Source: Candidatus Saccharimonadota bacterium
GTDB taxonomy: Bacteria > Patescibacteriota > Patescibacteriia > 2-12-FULL-60-25
Direction of reading: 5' to 3'
NCBI GenBank assembly: GCA_022843095.1
Contig: JALHOH010000001.1
Location: 210,001-242,000 of the forward strand
Length of the DNA stretch: 32,000 bases
Shown here: positions 9,301 through 15,500 of the stretch, one piece after another
How positions within the stretch are numbered: the stretch's first letter is position 1
Layout of the letters: each line of letters begins with the position of its first letter
Notes under the pieces: model-generated
What the model was told of the DNA's origin: nothing
Seen by the model: only the letters and a program-made list of their open reading frames with translations
Databases searched by the model: none
Program-made: the position numbers and the translations under genes

Positions 9301-12300
9301 GACATCGACGTATACGCTTTTAGATGAAACGACTTTCGCAGCAGATTCAAATCTTCGCATGGATGTGGAAGGGAATACGGTCGCGATGAATCGATACGTA
9401 AATTCCGACATTCTTCTCTACGATATTTCAGAGCCGACGCAGATTCGTCAGATGGGAACGACGACGATTTCAAGTGGGGCGTTTCCGGTCGCCATTTCGC
9501 AGAACATGGTGTATACCGGAGACTATAATTTTGGTCAGCGTTATGCGATCGATATTCGGAATCCTCAAGCTCCGTATATTGCGCAAACCGTCAACCAGTC
9601 AGGAGGTCCTTACTCCATGGAAGTCGTTGGTTCTTTCTTGTATGTCGCCGACGGGGATAGCTTTGACGTCTATTCGATCGGCGCTTCCTCGACGTTATCC
9701 TTGGTGAGTAAGTATTCGGTCGGCTGGGGGCAGCCAAATAGCGTGAAGGTCCGAAATGGGGTTGCGTATGTTGTCGAGCGTGTCTCAAACGAAATGTACG
9801 TGTTTGATGTGCAGAATGGATCAAGCACCCTTGTAAAGGTGTTAACGGGCCTTACGAATCCGGAACAAATTACAATTCGTGATCGAGCGTTGTTTGTTGC
9901 GGGGAGCACGGTGTTGCAGGCATTCGATATTACCGACCCCTACAACCCGATTGGGATGTCGACGACGACCGAACAGTTATCCGGGGTCGTCTCCGTGGAT
10001 GTTGCGGGGAACACCTTGTTCGTGGGTGATCAGGATGGGATTGAAGTCTTTGACGTCACTTCCGCTTCTGCAACGCGTCACATTACGCGCCTTAGTGATT
10101 TCTCTACACAGCGCCAAGTGCGGGTCGTTGGAAACATCTTGGTTGAACAGACGGGAAGTCGCATTCGGTTGTATGACATCGGCGGCATCAGTGTGCATGG
10201 ATTGCGCGCGGATTCCGGGGAATTTGGTCGCCTGCATGTGGAGCAAGATGGAGTATTTGCCAATCGTGTAGTGATTCATGGCGGCCTCTCGGTCGGTGAG
10301 CATGGGATCTATTCGGAAGGGCCGATTCAGTCCGGTGGGTTGTTCGTGAACGCCGGAGGGTATCTCTCCATGGGTTCTTCTACCTTCACGGTGTCCTCGA
10401 CGGCGGGGACGGTGTTGGTGAGCGCGTCTACCACGTCGCCTACATTCCGCGTCGTTAATGAGGCGACCTATATCGCAACCGGGACGGACGGTGGGGAATG
10501 GGGCGCATATATCAACTCCTTGCTTGTTGGACCGAATGAATATTCGACCGGGTCACGCGATTACGCCATGGTTGTGCGGTATAACTCGAACGCTGGATCA
10601 GACGGGATTTGTATTGCCCAGCTTTCGGAGACGTGTCCCTACGCCTCTTCGACACAGGTGACGTCGCTCATTGCGGATGCGGCGATCGTGGCGAACGGGT
10701 TTGACCTTGCAGAAGCCTACATGGCGACGGGAACGACGGTGAATGGCGATATTCTCGAGTTTGACTCGATGCAGACGACCTATGTTCGCCGCTCGTCTAC
10801 GCCCTACAGCACTCGGATCGCCGGGATTCGTTCGACGGCGCCGGGGATGGTGCTTGGGTTGGATGGGGTGAACGTCGCACTGACGGGGCGTGTGCCGACC
10901 AAGGTGTCCGTGGTGAACGGAGCGATTCAGGCCGGGGACCCGCTGACGACGTCGGAGTATCCAGGGTATGCGATGAAGGCTACGAAGCCGGGGATGATCG
11001 TCGGGTATGCACTGGAACCGGCATCGACGACCTCGACCATCGAAGTCTTCGTCAAAGTCGGATTTGAAGCGCGCATGGCGATTGGGGTGAACGCGAGTGG
11101 AACGGTGGCCCAAATCACGGATGACTTCGTGGTGCAGGCGACCTCAACGGCAAGCGCAGGCAATCCGAACGTCTCGTCGTGGGGGATCGCCTTCCGCGGT
11201 TCCAGCTGGAACGGATCGCAGGCCATCACGAAAGATTTTACCTTGCAAACGCAGGTCTTGAACGCCACGAATTCGCAGTTTGTCGTGAAGACGCCGAGCT
11301 CGACCGCTGGGATCGCGGTCACGGAATCCGGTGATCTGAAGGTAGGCGGAAAGCTCTTTCCGTCAGCTGCCGGAACGATGCAGGGAGATAAGTACATCTT
11401 CTTGGACACGTCCGGTGGGCCTACGACGACCTACATGGCGACCAACGCCGATGGGTGGCAGGCCAACACGTCCTACGACTTCGCGGAACGCTATTATTCG
11501 CCGGATCATTTGGAACCAGGAGACCTGGTCGTGATCAGTCGCACGGGTCGTCTGCATGTGCAGCGCTCCTTCAATGGCGATGGGATGCTTGCGGGGATCG
11601 TGTCCACAAAACCGGCCTTTATCGCCGGGGCGCCTGCAACCAGCACCTATCCGATTGCGCTCGCAGGACGTGTGCCGACCAAGGTGTCGACCTTGAATGG
11701 ATCGATCAAGATTGGGGACTGGCTCGCGCCGTCCACCATCCCGGGTGTTGCGGTGAAGGCGTTGAAAGCCGGGGCGGTCGTGGGTCAGGCGCTGGAAGAT
11801 TATGACGCGCCGTCCGTGGGCAAGATCGAAGTGTTTGTGAAAGCGACGTATTGGGCGGGCCCAGAAGCGCCAGTCGAGGAAGTGGTGGCATCGACACCGT
11901 CGACGGGGTTTGCCCCGCAGTCCGGATTGGCCTACATGTTGGCCGGCCAGAAGTCCGTGCGTGTGACGTATGCATCCGTCGGAAACTACCCATTGATTCA
12001 GGTGACGCCGTATGGGTCAGTGGATGGCGGATGGTACATCACGAAGCCGTCGGATAGCGGATTTACCTTGAACTTCCATCAGGTGCAGCAATCGGACATT
12101 GTCATCGCTTGGACGGTCACGCCCACGATGAACGGTCAGCTCATGCATGTCTCTGATGGAACGTATGGGCAGTTGAATCCGACGACCGGTTCCTTGGACC
12201 CTTCGGGGGCCACGGAAACGACGCCAGAACCGGCTCCCGCTCCAGTCGCACCGGTTCAACCAGTTTCTTCGCCACCGACAGAACCAGCGGTAACGGCTGA

Positions 12301-12457
12301 TCCAGCACCTTCCCCATTGCCTTCAACGTCCGTTGAAACGGAACCCACGGTGACGGAAACACCGTTGGTGAGTGAACCGGTCCCGGAAACCGGTCCATCC
12401 ACCTCGGGCTCCGAACCAGCGGCGGCTGAAGAACTCGCACCTTCTACATCCCTATAG
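3395..12457 (+). CDS. Giant secreted modular surface protein A (~3020 aa): signal peptide, INYQ-type N-terminal domain, 3 stalk modules, 4 LVIVD-type 7-bladed propellers, tandem Peptidase_G2-like C-terminal domains, Pro-rich tail
   Basis: This is an uninterrupted 9.1-kb ORF; the longest version starts at 3317. ATG 3395 gives MLRLDSFRARVLAWSLAVLCGGGMVVCSFLFASRTIA|ANGINRQINYQAKL, which is collinear with the N-terminus of paralog B and has an AXA-type cleavage site. An AGGAGG pair at 3287-3299 lies 17 nt before ATG 3317, so the start is ambiguous. The stop is TAG at 12455-12457. Confidence 0.9.
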   Translation: MLRLDSFRARVLAWSLAVLCGGGMVVCSFLFASRTIAANGINRQINYQAKLLDTTGAAVPDGTYSIKFSLYAAASGGTPLWTASGTTATPVAMNVNVQNGLFTVLLGDTALSAGSQNPLNDLINWNSDSLYLGVTVGADAEMTPRKRLASTPYAFNAERLQGMSASGTAFGANALFIVNQTSQTGATGTRSALEIRSSGMSDTNDYLVRGINSSSTVVFEITRLGVVSSSEAFVSTSSTATSTFQGTVSSTRGIFDQYILVNGKYVCLADGTNCQSGGGSDGSWTYVTASGMVRLTTSTNDVVLGNTATSSAAGGAPVYFDLSGGTAGTSNVYFGHATQTNVVIGGTSTTAPLHGLFTMNGDDLLVTGNIGSVSSVYTNGAFVAGSGSTSYGSGLISSGGTTPVLTITSVSGTRMFNGIDNSLGADTRFSKVASSTIVASNTTPKQTLVRDRLLFVLSSGSGQGIQIYDLASSTPALLKEVTIANQGISQLDVQGRYMYVYNYTKLTIFDIANPRNPLQVGEVGSMGTSCSFQVAGGFAYVMCGSYFYIVDVQNPANPFIVSEFFYSSGSGGSGGAIVRGNYAYLTQTNSPILRVMDVSNPYAPTLQYTSTTSASTEPAAIALQGQYLYIVNRATTDGIINVYNVASSTSPVFVTNIVVGTNLSDDYGLVVSGRYLYVAAENGTIYVYDITTPSSASLVQTFATGQQVPNGLSVNGTSLYSVDYGSTKSLNVINLTGIETNGLVAPVAELGRLQVQNDGFIGNRLDVLGSIAIGRGGLYSDGAIAVHASGTTSTIVGRLNVVGGIFQNGVRVCLADGTNCTGGSGSDANWTYVGASGLVRLTTSTNDLVIGSTATSTGAPIYADLSGSTDGTSTVYFGHATNTNVVIGGTSTTHPLNGLFRMNGDDLLVTGNIGSVSSVYTNGGLVVGTDSTYYQDMRITGRSAGVFKIENVQGGGSIASIVLDANTSGLDPIAIFGGQNGYKSFIDYTGDFVVASSTRYEETRIYRPYNSFTITASSGTFINDLRSTGLNIQPRGLATTTASGSGLGEGASSVVINGRYAYVANQASSSVSVVDIANLDRPRVVTTTALSALPRALALSGNTLFVAGDTTGAFFTLDVSDPANPRLLNTVGGGSFYDVAVQNGFAYLADFASNVVRVYDVQDPTNIAAATTISITAPRAVKVAGRFLYITNNSTFYVYDITNPRQPYALGSYVSANTLESIAIDGAYAYVGRSGATTGLVLDISSSTNPTLAGTFSCVLAGCTDVQVHGRYLYAATTGYGTGIYIFDLTDPTSPGALSFASPLTDDYTNDIAISGRYAFVALSSAANQTGTSTLKIFDLGGIETTGLVAHAAEVGSLQVRGDGFVGNHFDVMGSLGVGRGGIASEGALVVMATGTTSTFQGRLNVIGGLFQNGVRVCLADGTNCQVGGGGGGSDSNWTEVAASGFVRLTTSTYDVVMGSTATSTGAPVYFDLSGGIDNVSSTVYFGHGTGTDVVIGGTSTTESGLHPLFTMNGNDLLVMGNIGSVSSVYTNGAFVAGTGSVFYGANGITATTGTNFTLNSVSGTRMVGGMTEEWNNASPAEITAYAEGPASSYLTRIAYRYPYAFVNDTAWQRLYVFHIAGPSSTRLVTSTEWSVYGFSDAADMAVEGNTLVVVGAKAHKFDISDPVNPRYVASSAQNLNANAVKIQGGYAYILDTNGADSKFFVVSLQNTTPTVVGTIGGMNSAAHLTVLDGRVAVLGNPFFVGQPLSIIDVKNPLNPVITMTSSTVETSQAHGMTSKDGYIYTAFYTSTGQNKILVWDTHHPTDVRVVNEITTQSAGMQYPENLTIADRYLYYVNENYDIEIFDISSSTNAYPVRTILGNGNSAAESAVGVFGDLLTFGNTNNRFNVMDIGGIDAIGIRAGSANVGRLQVLGPSVFNGQVSINGGLQVGYGGIFSEGVLSAALLNITTTATVKNLDLQKSFSQVLSTSTYTLLDETTFAADSNLRMDVEGNTVAMNRYVNSDILLYDISEPTQIRQMGTTTISSGAFPVAISQNMVYTGDYNFGQRYAIDIRNPQAPYIAQTVNQSGGPYSMEVVGSFLYVADGDSFDVYSIGASSTLSLVSKYSVGWGQPNSVKVRNGVAYVVERVSNEMYVFDVQNGSSTLVKVLTGLTNPEQITIRDRALFVAGSTVLQAFDITDPYNPIGMSTTTEQLSGVVSVDVAGNTLFVGDQDGIEVFDVTSASATRHITRLSDFSTQRQVRVVGNILVEQTGSRIRLYDIGGISVHGLRADSGEFGRLHVEQDGVFANRVVIHGGLSVGEHGIYSEGPIQSGGLFVNAGGYLSMGSSTFTVSSTAGTVLVSASTTSPTFRVVNEATYIATGTDGGEWGAYINSLLVGPNEYSTGSRDYAMVVRYNSNAGSDGICIAQLSETCPYASSTQVTSLIADAAIVANGFDLAEAYMATGTTVNGDILEFDSMQTTYVRRSSTPYSTRIAGIRSTAPGMVLGLDGVNVALTGRVPTKVSVVNGAIQAGDPLTTSEYPGYAMKATKPGMIVGYALEPASTTSTIEVFVKVGFEARMAIGVNASGTVAQITDDFVVQATSTASAGNPNVSSWGIAFRGSSWNGSQAITKDFTLQTQVLNATNSQFVVKTPSSTAGIAVTESGDLKVGGKLFPSAAGTMQGDKYIFLDTSGGPTTTYMATNADGWQANTSYDFAERYYSPDHLEPGDLVVISRTGRLHVQRSFNGDGMLAGIVSTKPAFIAGAPATSTYPIALAGRVPTKVSTLNGSIKIGDWLAPSTIPGVAVKALKAGAVVGQALEDYDAPSVGKIEVFVKATYWAGPEAPVEEVVASTPSTGFAPQSGLAYMLAGQKSVRVTYASVGNYPLIQVTPYGSVDGGWYITKPSDSGFTLNFHQVQQSDIVIAWTVTPTMNGQLMHVSDGTYGQLNPTTGSLDPSGATETTPEPAPAPVAPVQPVSSPPTEPAVTADPAPSPLPSTSVETEPTVTETPLVSEPVPETGPSTSGSEPAAAEELAPSTSL
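4190..4550 (+). repeat. Stalk (S) module copy A1, ~120 aa
   Basis: The translation reads YVCLADGTNCQSGGGSDGSWTYVTASGMVRLTTSTNDVVLGNTATS...VYFGHATQTNVVIGGTSTT.PLHGLFTMNGDDLLVTGNIGSVSSVYTNGAFVAG. The first Cys codon is at 4193. Confidence 0.9.
4733..5606 (+). other. Propeller block A-P1: seven LVIVD-type blades
   Basis: Seven ~40-aa units of the form G.Y.YV......L.[IV].D[IV]..P..P. Examples are GRYMYVYNYTKLTIFDIANPRNP, GGFAYVMCGSYFYIVDVQNPANP, GNYAYLTQTNSPILRVMDVSNPYAP and GRYLYVAAENGTIYVYDITTPSS. Confidence 0.75.
5828..6179 (+). repeat. Stalk (S) module copy A2
   Basis: The translation reads RVCLADGTNCTGGSGSDANWTYVGASGLVRLTTSTNDLVIGSTATSTGAPIYADLSGSTDGTSTVYFGHATNTNVVIGGTSTTHPLNGLFRMNGDDLLVTGNIGSVSSVYTNGGLVVG. 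The first Cys codon is at 5831. Confidence 0.9.
6535..7430 (+). other. Propeller block A-P2: seven LVIVD-type blades (closest counterpart of B-P1)
   Basis: Blades include GRYAYVANQASSSVSVVDIANLDRP, GNTLFVAGDTTGAFFTLDVSDPANP, NGFAYLADFASNVVRVYDVQDPTN, GRFLYITNNSTFYVYDITNPRQP, GAYAYVGRSGATTGLVLDISSSTNP, GRYLYAATTGYGTGIYIFDLTDPTSP and GRYAFVALSS...TLKIFDLGG. Confidence 0.8.
7643..8008 (+). repeat. Stalk (S) module copy A3
   Basis: The translation reads RVCLADGTNCQVGGGGGGSDSNWTEVAASGFVRLTTSTYDVVMGSTATSTGAPVYFDLSGG...VYFGHGTGTDVVIGGTSTTESGLHPLFTMNGNDLLVMGNIGSVSSVYTNGAFVAG. The first Cys codon is at 7646. Confidence 0.9.
8165..9078 (+). other. Propeller block A-P3: seven more divergent LVIVD-type blades
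   Basis: Blades include GNTLVVVGAKAHKFDISDPVNP, GGYAYILDTNGADSKFFVVSLQNTTP, DGRVAVLGNPFFVGQPLSIIDVKNPLNP, DGYIYTAFYTSTGQNKILVWDTHHPTD, DRYLYYVNENYDIEIFDISSSTN and GDLLTFGNTNNRFNVMDIGG. Confidence 0.7.
9350..10186 (+). other. Propeller block A-P4: seven LVIVD-type blades
   Basis: Blades include GNTVAMNRYVNSDILLYDISEPTQ, QNMVYTGDYNFGQRYAIDIRNPQAP, GSFLYVADGDSFDVYSIGASST, NGVAYVVERVSNEMYVFDVQNGSS, DRALFVAGSTVLQAFDITDPYNP, GNTLFVGDQDGIEVFDVTSAS and GNILVEQTGSRIRLYDIGG. Confidence 0.7.
10700..11070 (+). other. Peptidase_G2-like (phage pre-neck-appendage intramolecular-chaperone-like) domain, copy A-1
   Basis: The translation reads FDLAEAYMATGTTVNGDILEFDSMQTTYVRRSSTPYSTRIAGIRSTAPGMVLG...VALTGRVPTKVSVVNGAIQAGDPLTTSEYPGYAMKA. 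It follows the recalled G2 pattern ADYAEYFE...G.FV.L.G..I....DYILGVVS..PSV.G...VGMMGKL.V.DDG...V.G.C....G. The match is by motif recollection only. Confidence 0.45.
11474..11855 (+). other. Peptidase_G2-like domain, copy A-2
   Basis: The translation reads YDFAERYYSPDHLEPGDLVVISRTGRLHVQRSFNGDGMLAGIVSTKPAFIAGAPATSTYPIALAGRVPTKVSTLNGSIKIGDWLAPSTIPGVAVKA...GKIEVFVKATYW. Confidence 0.45.
12200..12454 (+). repeat. Pro/Thr/Glu/Ser-rich low-complexity C-terminal tail of giant protein A
   Basis: The translation reads PSGATETTPEPAPAPVAPVQPVSSPPTEPAVTADPAPSPLPSTSVETEPTVTETPLVSEPVPETGPSTSGSEPAAAEELAPSTSL. Confidence 0.9.
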
Positions 12458-12474
12458 AACGGAATCAGGGAAGA

Positions 12475-12506
12475 AAAGACCCGTGGCTATTAGCGACGGG
12501 TTTTTT
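12475..12506 (+). terminator. Putative Rho-independent terminator after giant gene A
   Basis: The stem is CCCGT (12480-12484) / ACGGG (12496-12500), extendable by A:T pairs, with an 11-nt loop. It is followed by TTTTTT (12501-12506). The GC core is short, so the call is moderate. Confidence 0.55.
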
Positions 12507-12520
12507 CGTTTGCACCCAAT

Positions 12521-12549
12521 CCGACAAAAAAAGAAAAATGCGGTATACT
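12521..12549 (+). promoter_or_regulatory. Candidate sigma70-type promoter for giant gene B
   Basis: The -35-like element is CCGACA (12521-12526), followed by a 17-nt A-rich spacer and the -10 element TATACT (12544-12549). The start codon at 12560 lies only 10 nt after the -10, which implies a very short or absent leader. Confidence 0.3.
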
Positions 12550-12559
12550 AGAGAAGCCG

Positions 12560-15500
12560 ATGCGTGTGTCTCATCTTTTTGCGCGTGCGAGCAGCGTATT
12601 TGCCGCCGCCATCCTCGGCGTCTCTTTGGTTTTGTCTGGCCTCATCCAGTTCGGCGAAGTAGAGGCAGCAAATGGCATCAATCGTCAGATCAACTATCAG
12701 GCAAAATTGTCCGACAGTTCTGGATTTCCGGTAGCAGACGGTCAATATGCCATTAAGTTTAGTTTGTACGCCGCTGCATCCGGTGGAACGCCGCTTTGGA
12801 CCGCATCCGGAACCACGGCATCACCGAACGCGGTAACAACCACCTTGCGAAACGGGTTGTTCACGGTGCTGCTTGGGGATACTTCTGCCTCCGGTGGTTC
12901 TCAAAATCCCCTGAACGACCTCATCGATTGGAATAGCGATAGTTTGTATCTTGGAGTCACGATCGGGACCGATAGCGAAATGACCCCGCGCAAGCGCCTC
13001 GCGAGCACGCCGTACGCCTTCAATGCAGAACGGTTGCAGGGGATGAGCGCCTCCGGGACGGCGTTTGGCACCTCTTCACAGTTCGTGGTGAATCAAACGT
13101 CTCAAACGGCGGCGACCGGAACCCGCTCTGCGTTAGAAGTGCGTTCAAGCGGGATCTCAGACGCAAATGATTTTCTCATTCGTGGGATTAATTCTTCCGG
13201 AACCGCGGCTTTTCAGGTGAATCGGCAAGGGAATGTCACGACCACCGGGTATATCGTGTCCACAAGCACCGCGACCTCCACGTTCTACGGCGCCGTTTCA
13301 TCCAGTCGTGGGGTGTTTGATCAATCCTTGCAGGTAAATGGACAGCTTGTGTGTTTGGCGGATGGAACCAACTGTCAGCCTGCAAGCGGTGATTCGAACT
13401 GGGCATACAACGCGTCCGGTGGGTTGGTGCGTCTCACAACCTCGACGAATGATCTTGTGCTGGGAAGCACGGCGACCTCGACTGGTGCACCGATCTACGC
13501 AGATTTGTCCGGCGGTACTGCGGGAACCTCAACCGTGTATTTTGGCCATGCGACAAACACAAATGTCGTCATTGGTGGAACATCTACGACGCAATCTGGG
13601 TTGAATGACTTGTTTACCATGAACGGGAACGATCTTCTCGTCACGGGAAATATTGGCAGCGTTTCTTCGGTGTACACGAATGGTGCTTTCGTCGCAGGGA
13701 CGAACTCGACGTACTACCAAGACATGGGGATCGTTGCTTCTGGAACCGGGTTCTACGTTATCCGTAATCACAAGGATTGGCCGGGTCCGTCGGGAGCCAT
13801 TGTCATGGATGCGGACGCGCCGACGCAGGATTACATCACGATTTTTAGCACGCAGGGACAATTTGTCTCGTATGTCGATTACACCGGTGCGTACGTGGTC
13901 GGATCGTCTACGACGTATGGTGCTACGGATATTACGCGTCAATATGGGGCATTCACGTTGAATGCCGGAAGTGGGACGTATGTGAATGATTTGCGCAGCA
14001 CGTCGTATCGGGTAGAACGGCGTGGATCGATTTCGACCTCACCGGCCATCACTGGAGGTGGAATCGGGGCGGGCGGGACGGCGCTTGCGGTGTCTGGCCG
14101 GTATGCGTTTGTTGCAAATCGCACCTCATCTTCCATTTCGGTCATCGACGTCTCGAATCCGGATGCCCCGAAACAGGTCACGACCACCGCACTTTCGGCG
14201 CAACCGCGCGATCTGACCGTGGTTGGGAATACGTTATATGTCGCGGGAGATTCAACCGGAGCCTTCTTTACATTGGATATCTCCGATCCGGCGCGTCCGC
14301 GATTGTTGGATTCTGTGGGGGCGGGGAGTCTCTATAGCGTGAGTGTTCAGGGAGGGTATGCCTACACGGCGGATTTTGGGAGTAACTTTATCCGTGTGTA
14401 TGACGTCTCGAATCCAACGGACATTTTGACTGCAACCTCCGTTTCCGTATCGGCGCCACGCGCGGTACTTGCGCTGGGAAAATTCCTCTATGCCGTAAAT
14501 GGAAGCAACTTTTTCATCTACGACATCAGCGTCCCACATGCGCCTGTCTTGATGGGAACGTATGCGAGTGCCGGAACGCTGGAATCCATCGATATCGATG
14601 GTCGTTATGCGTATGTCGGGCGATCGGGGGCGACATCTGGTCTTATTCTAGATATCGCAAGCTCAACGAATCCCTACGCAGTAGGTTCTCTGGATTGTTT
14701 TCCAACCGGATGTACGGATGTAGCGGCGCACGGACGGTTTGTGTACACCAATCGTACGAGTGATGGTTTTGGCTTCCGTATTTTCGATGTGCTGGATCCA
14801 ACCTCTCCCCAAACAATCACGTTTACCAACCCGCTCGTGTCCGGATACATGAATGATGTGGTGGTGAGCGGACGGTATCTGTATGCGCTTCGTTCCTTCG
14901 ACAACGTCGAAACAGGAACGTCGTCACTGACGATTGTTGATCTTGGGGGGATTGAGGCGGCAACGCTCGCAGCGCATTCCGCGGAAGTCGGAAAACTCCA
15001 GGTGCGGACGGATGGATTTGTCGGGAATCATTTGGATGTGATGGGATCGCTCGCCGTTGGACGTGGAGGAATTCAAACGGACGGACCGTTGTCGGTCAGC
15101 GCAACCGGAACAACCTCGACCATTCAAGGGGCGTTGAACGTATTTGGCGGATTGTTTCAGGGAGGCGTTCGTGTGTGTCTCGCGGATGGAACAAACTGTC
15201 AGGCAGGTGGCGGAAGTGACTCGAATTGGACCTACGTTGGAGCAACGGGTCTGGTGCGTTTGACGACCTCGACGAACGACCTGGTGATTGGGAGCACGGC
15301 GACCTCGACCGGCGCACCGATCTATGCAGATTTGTCCGGAGGAACGGCCGGAACGTCGAACATCTATTTTGGTCACGCCACCAATACAAACGTGATTCTT
15401 GGCGGAACCTCCACGACACATCCTCTGAACGCCATGTTCACCATGAATGGCGATGATTTCTTGGTGACTGGAAATATTGGAAGCGTGTCGTCGGTGTATA

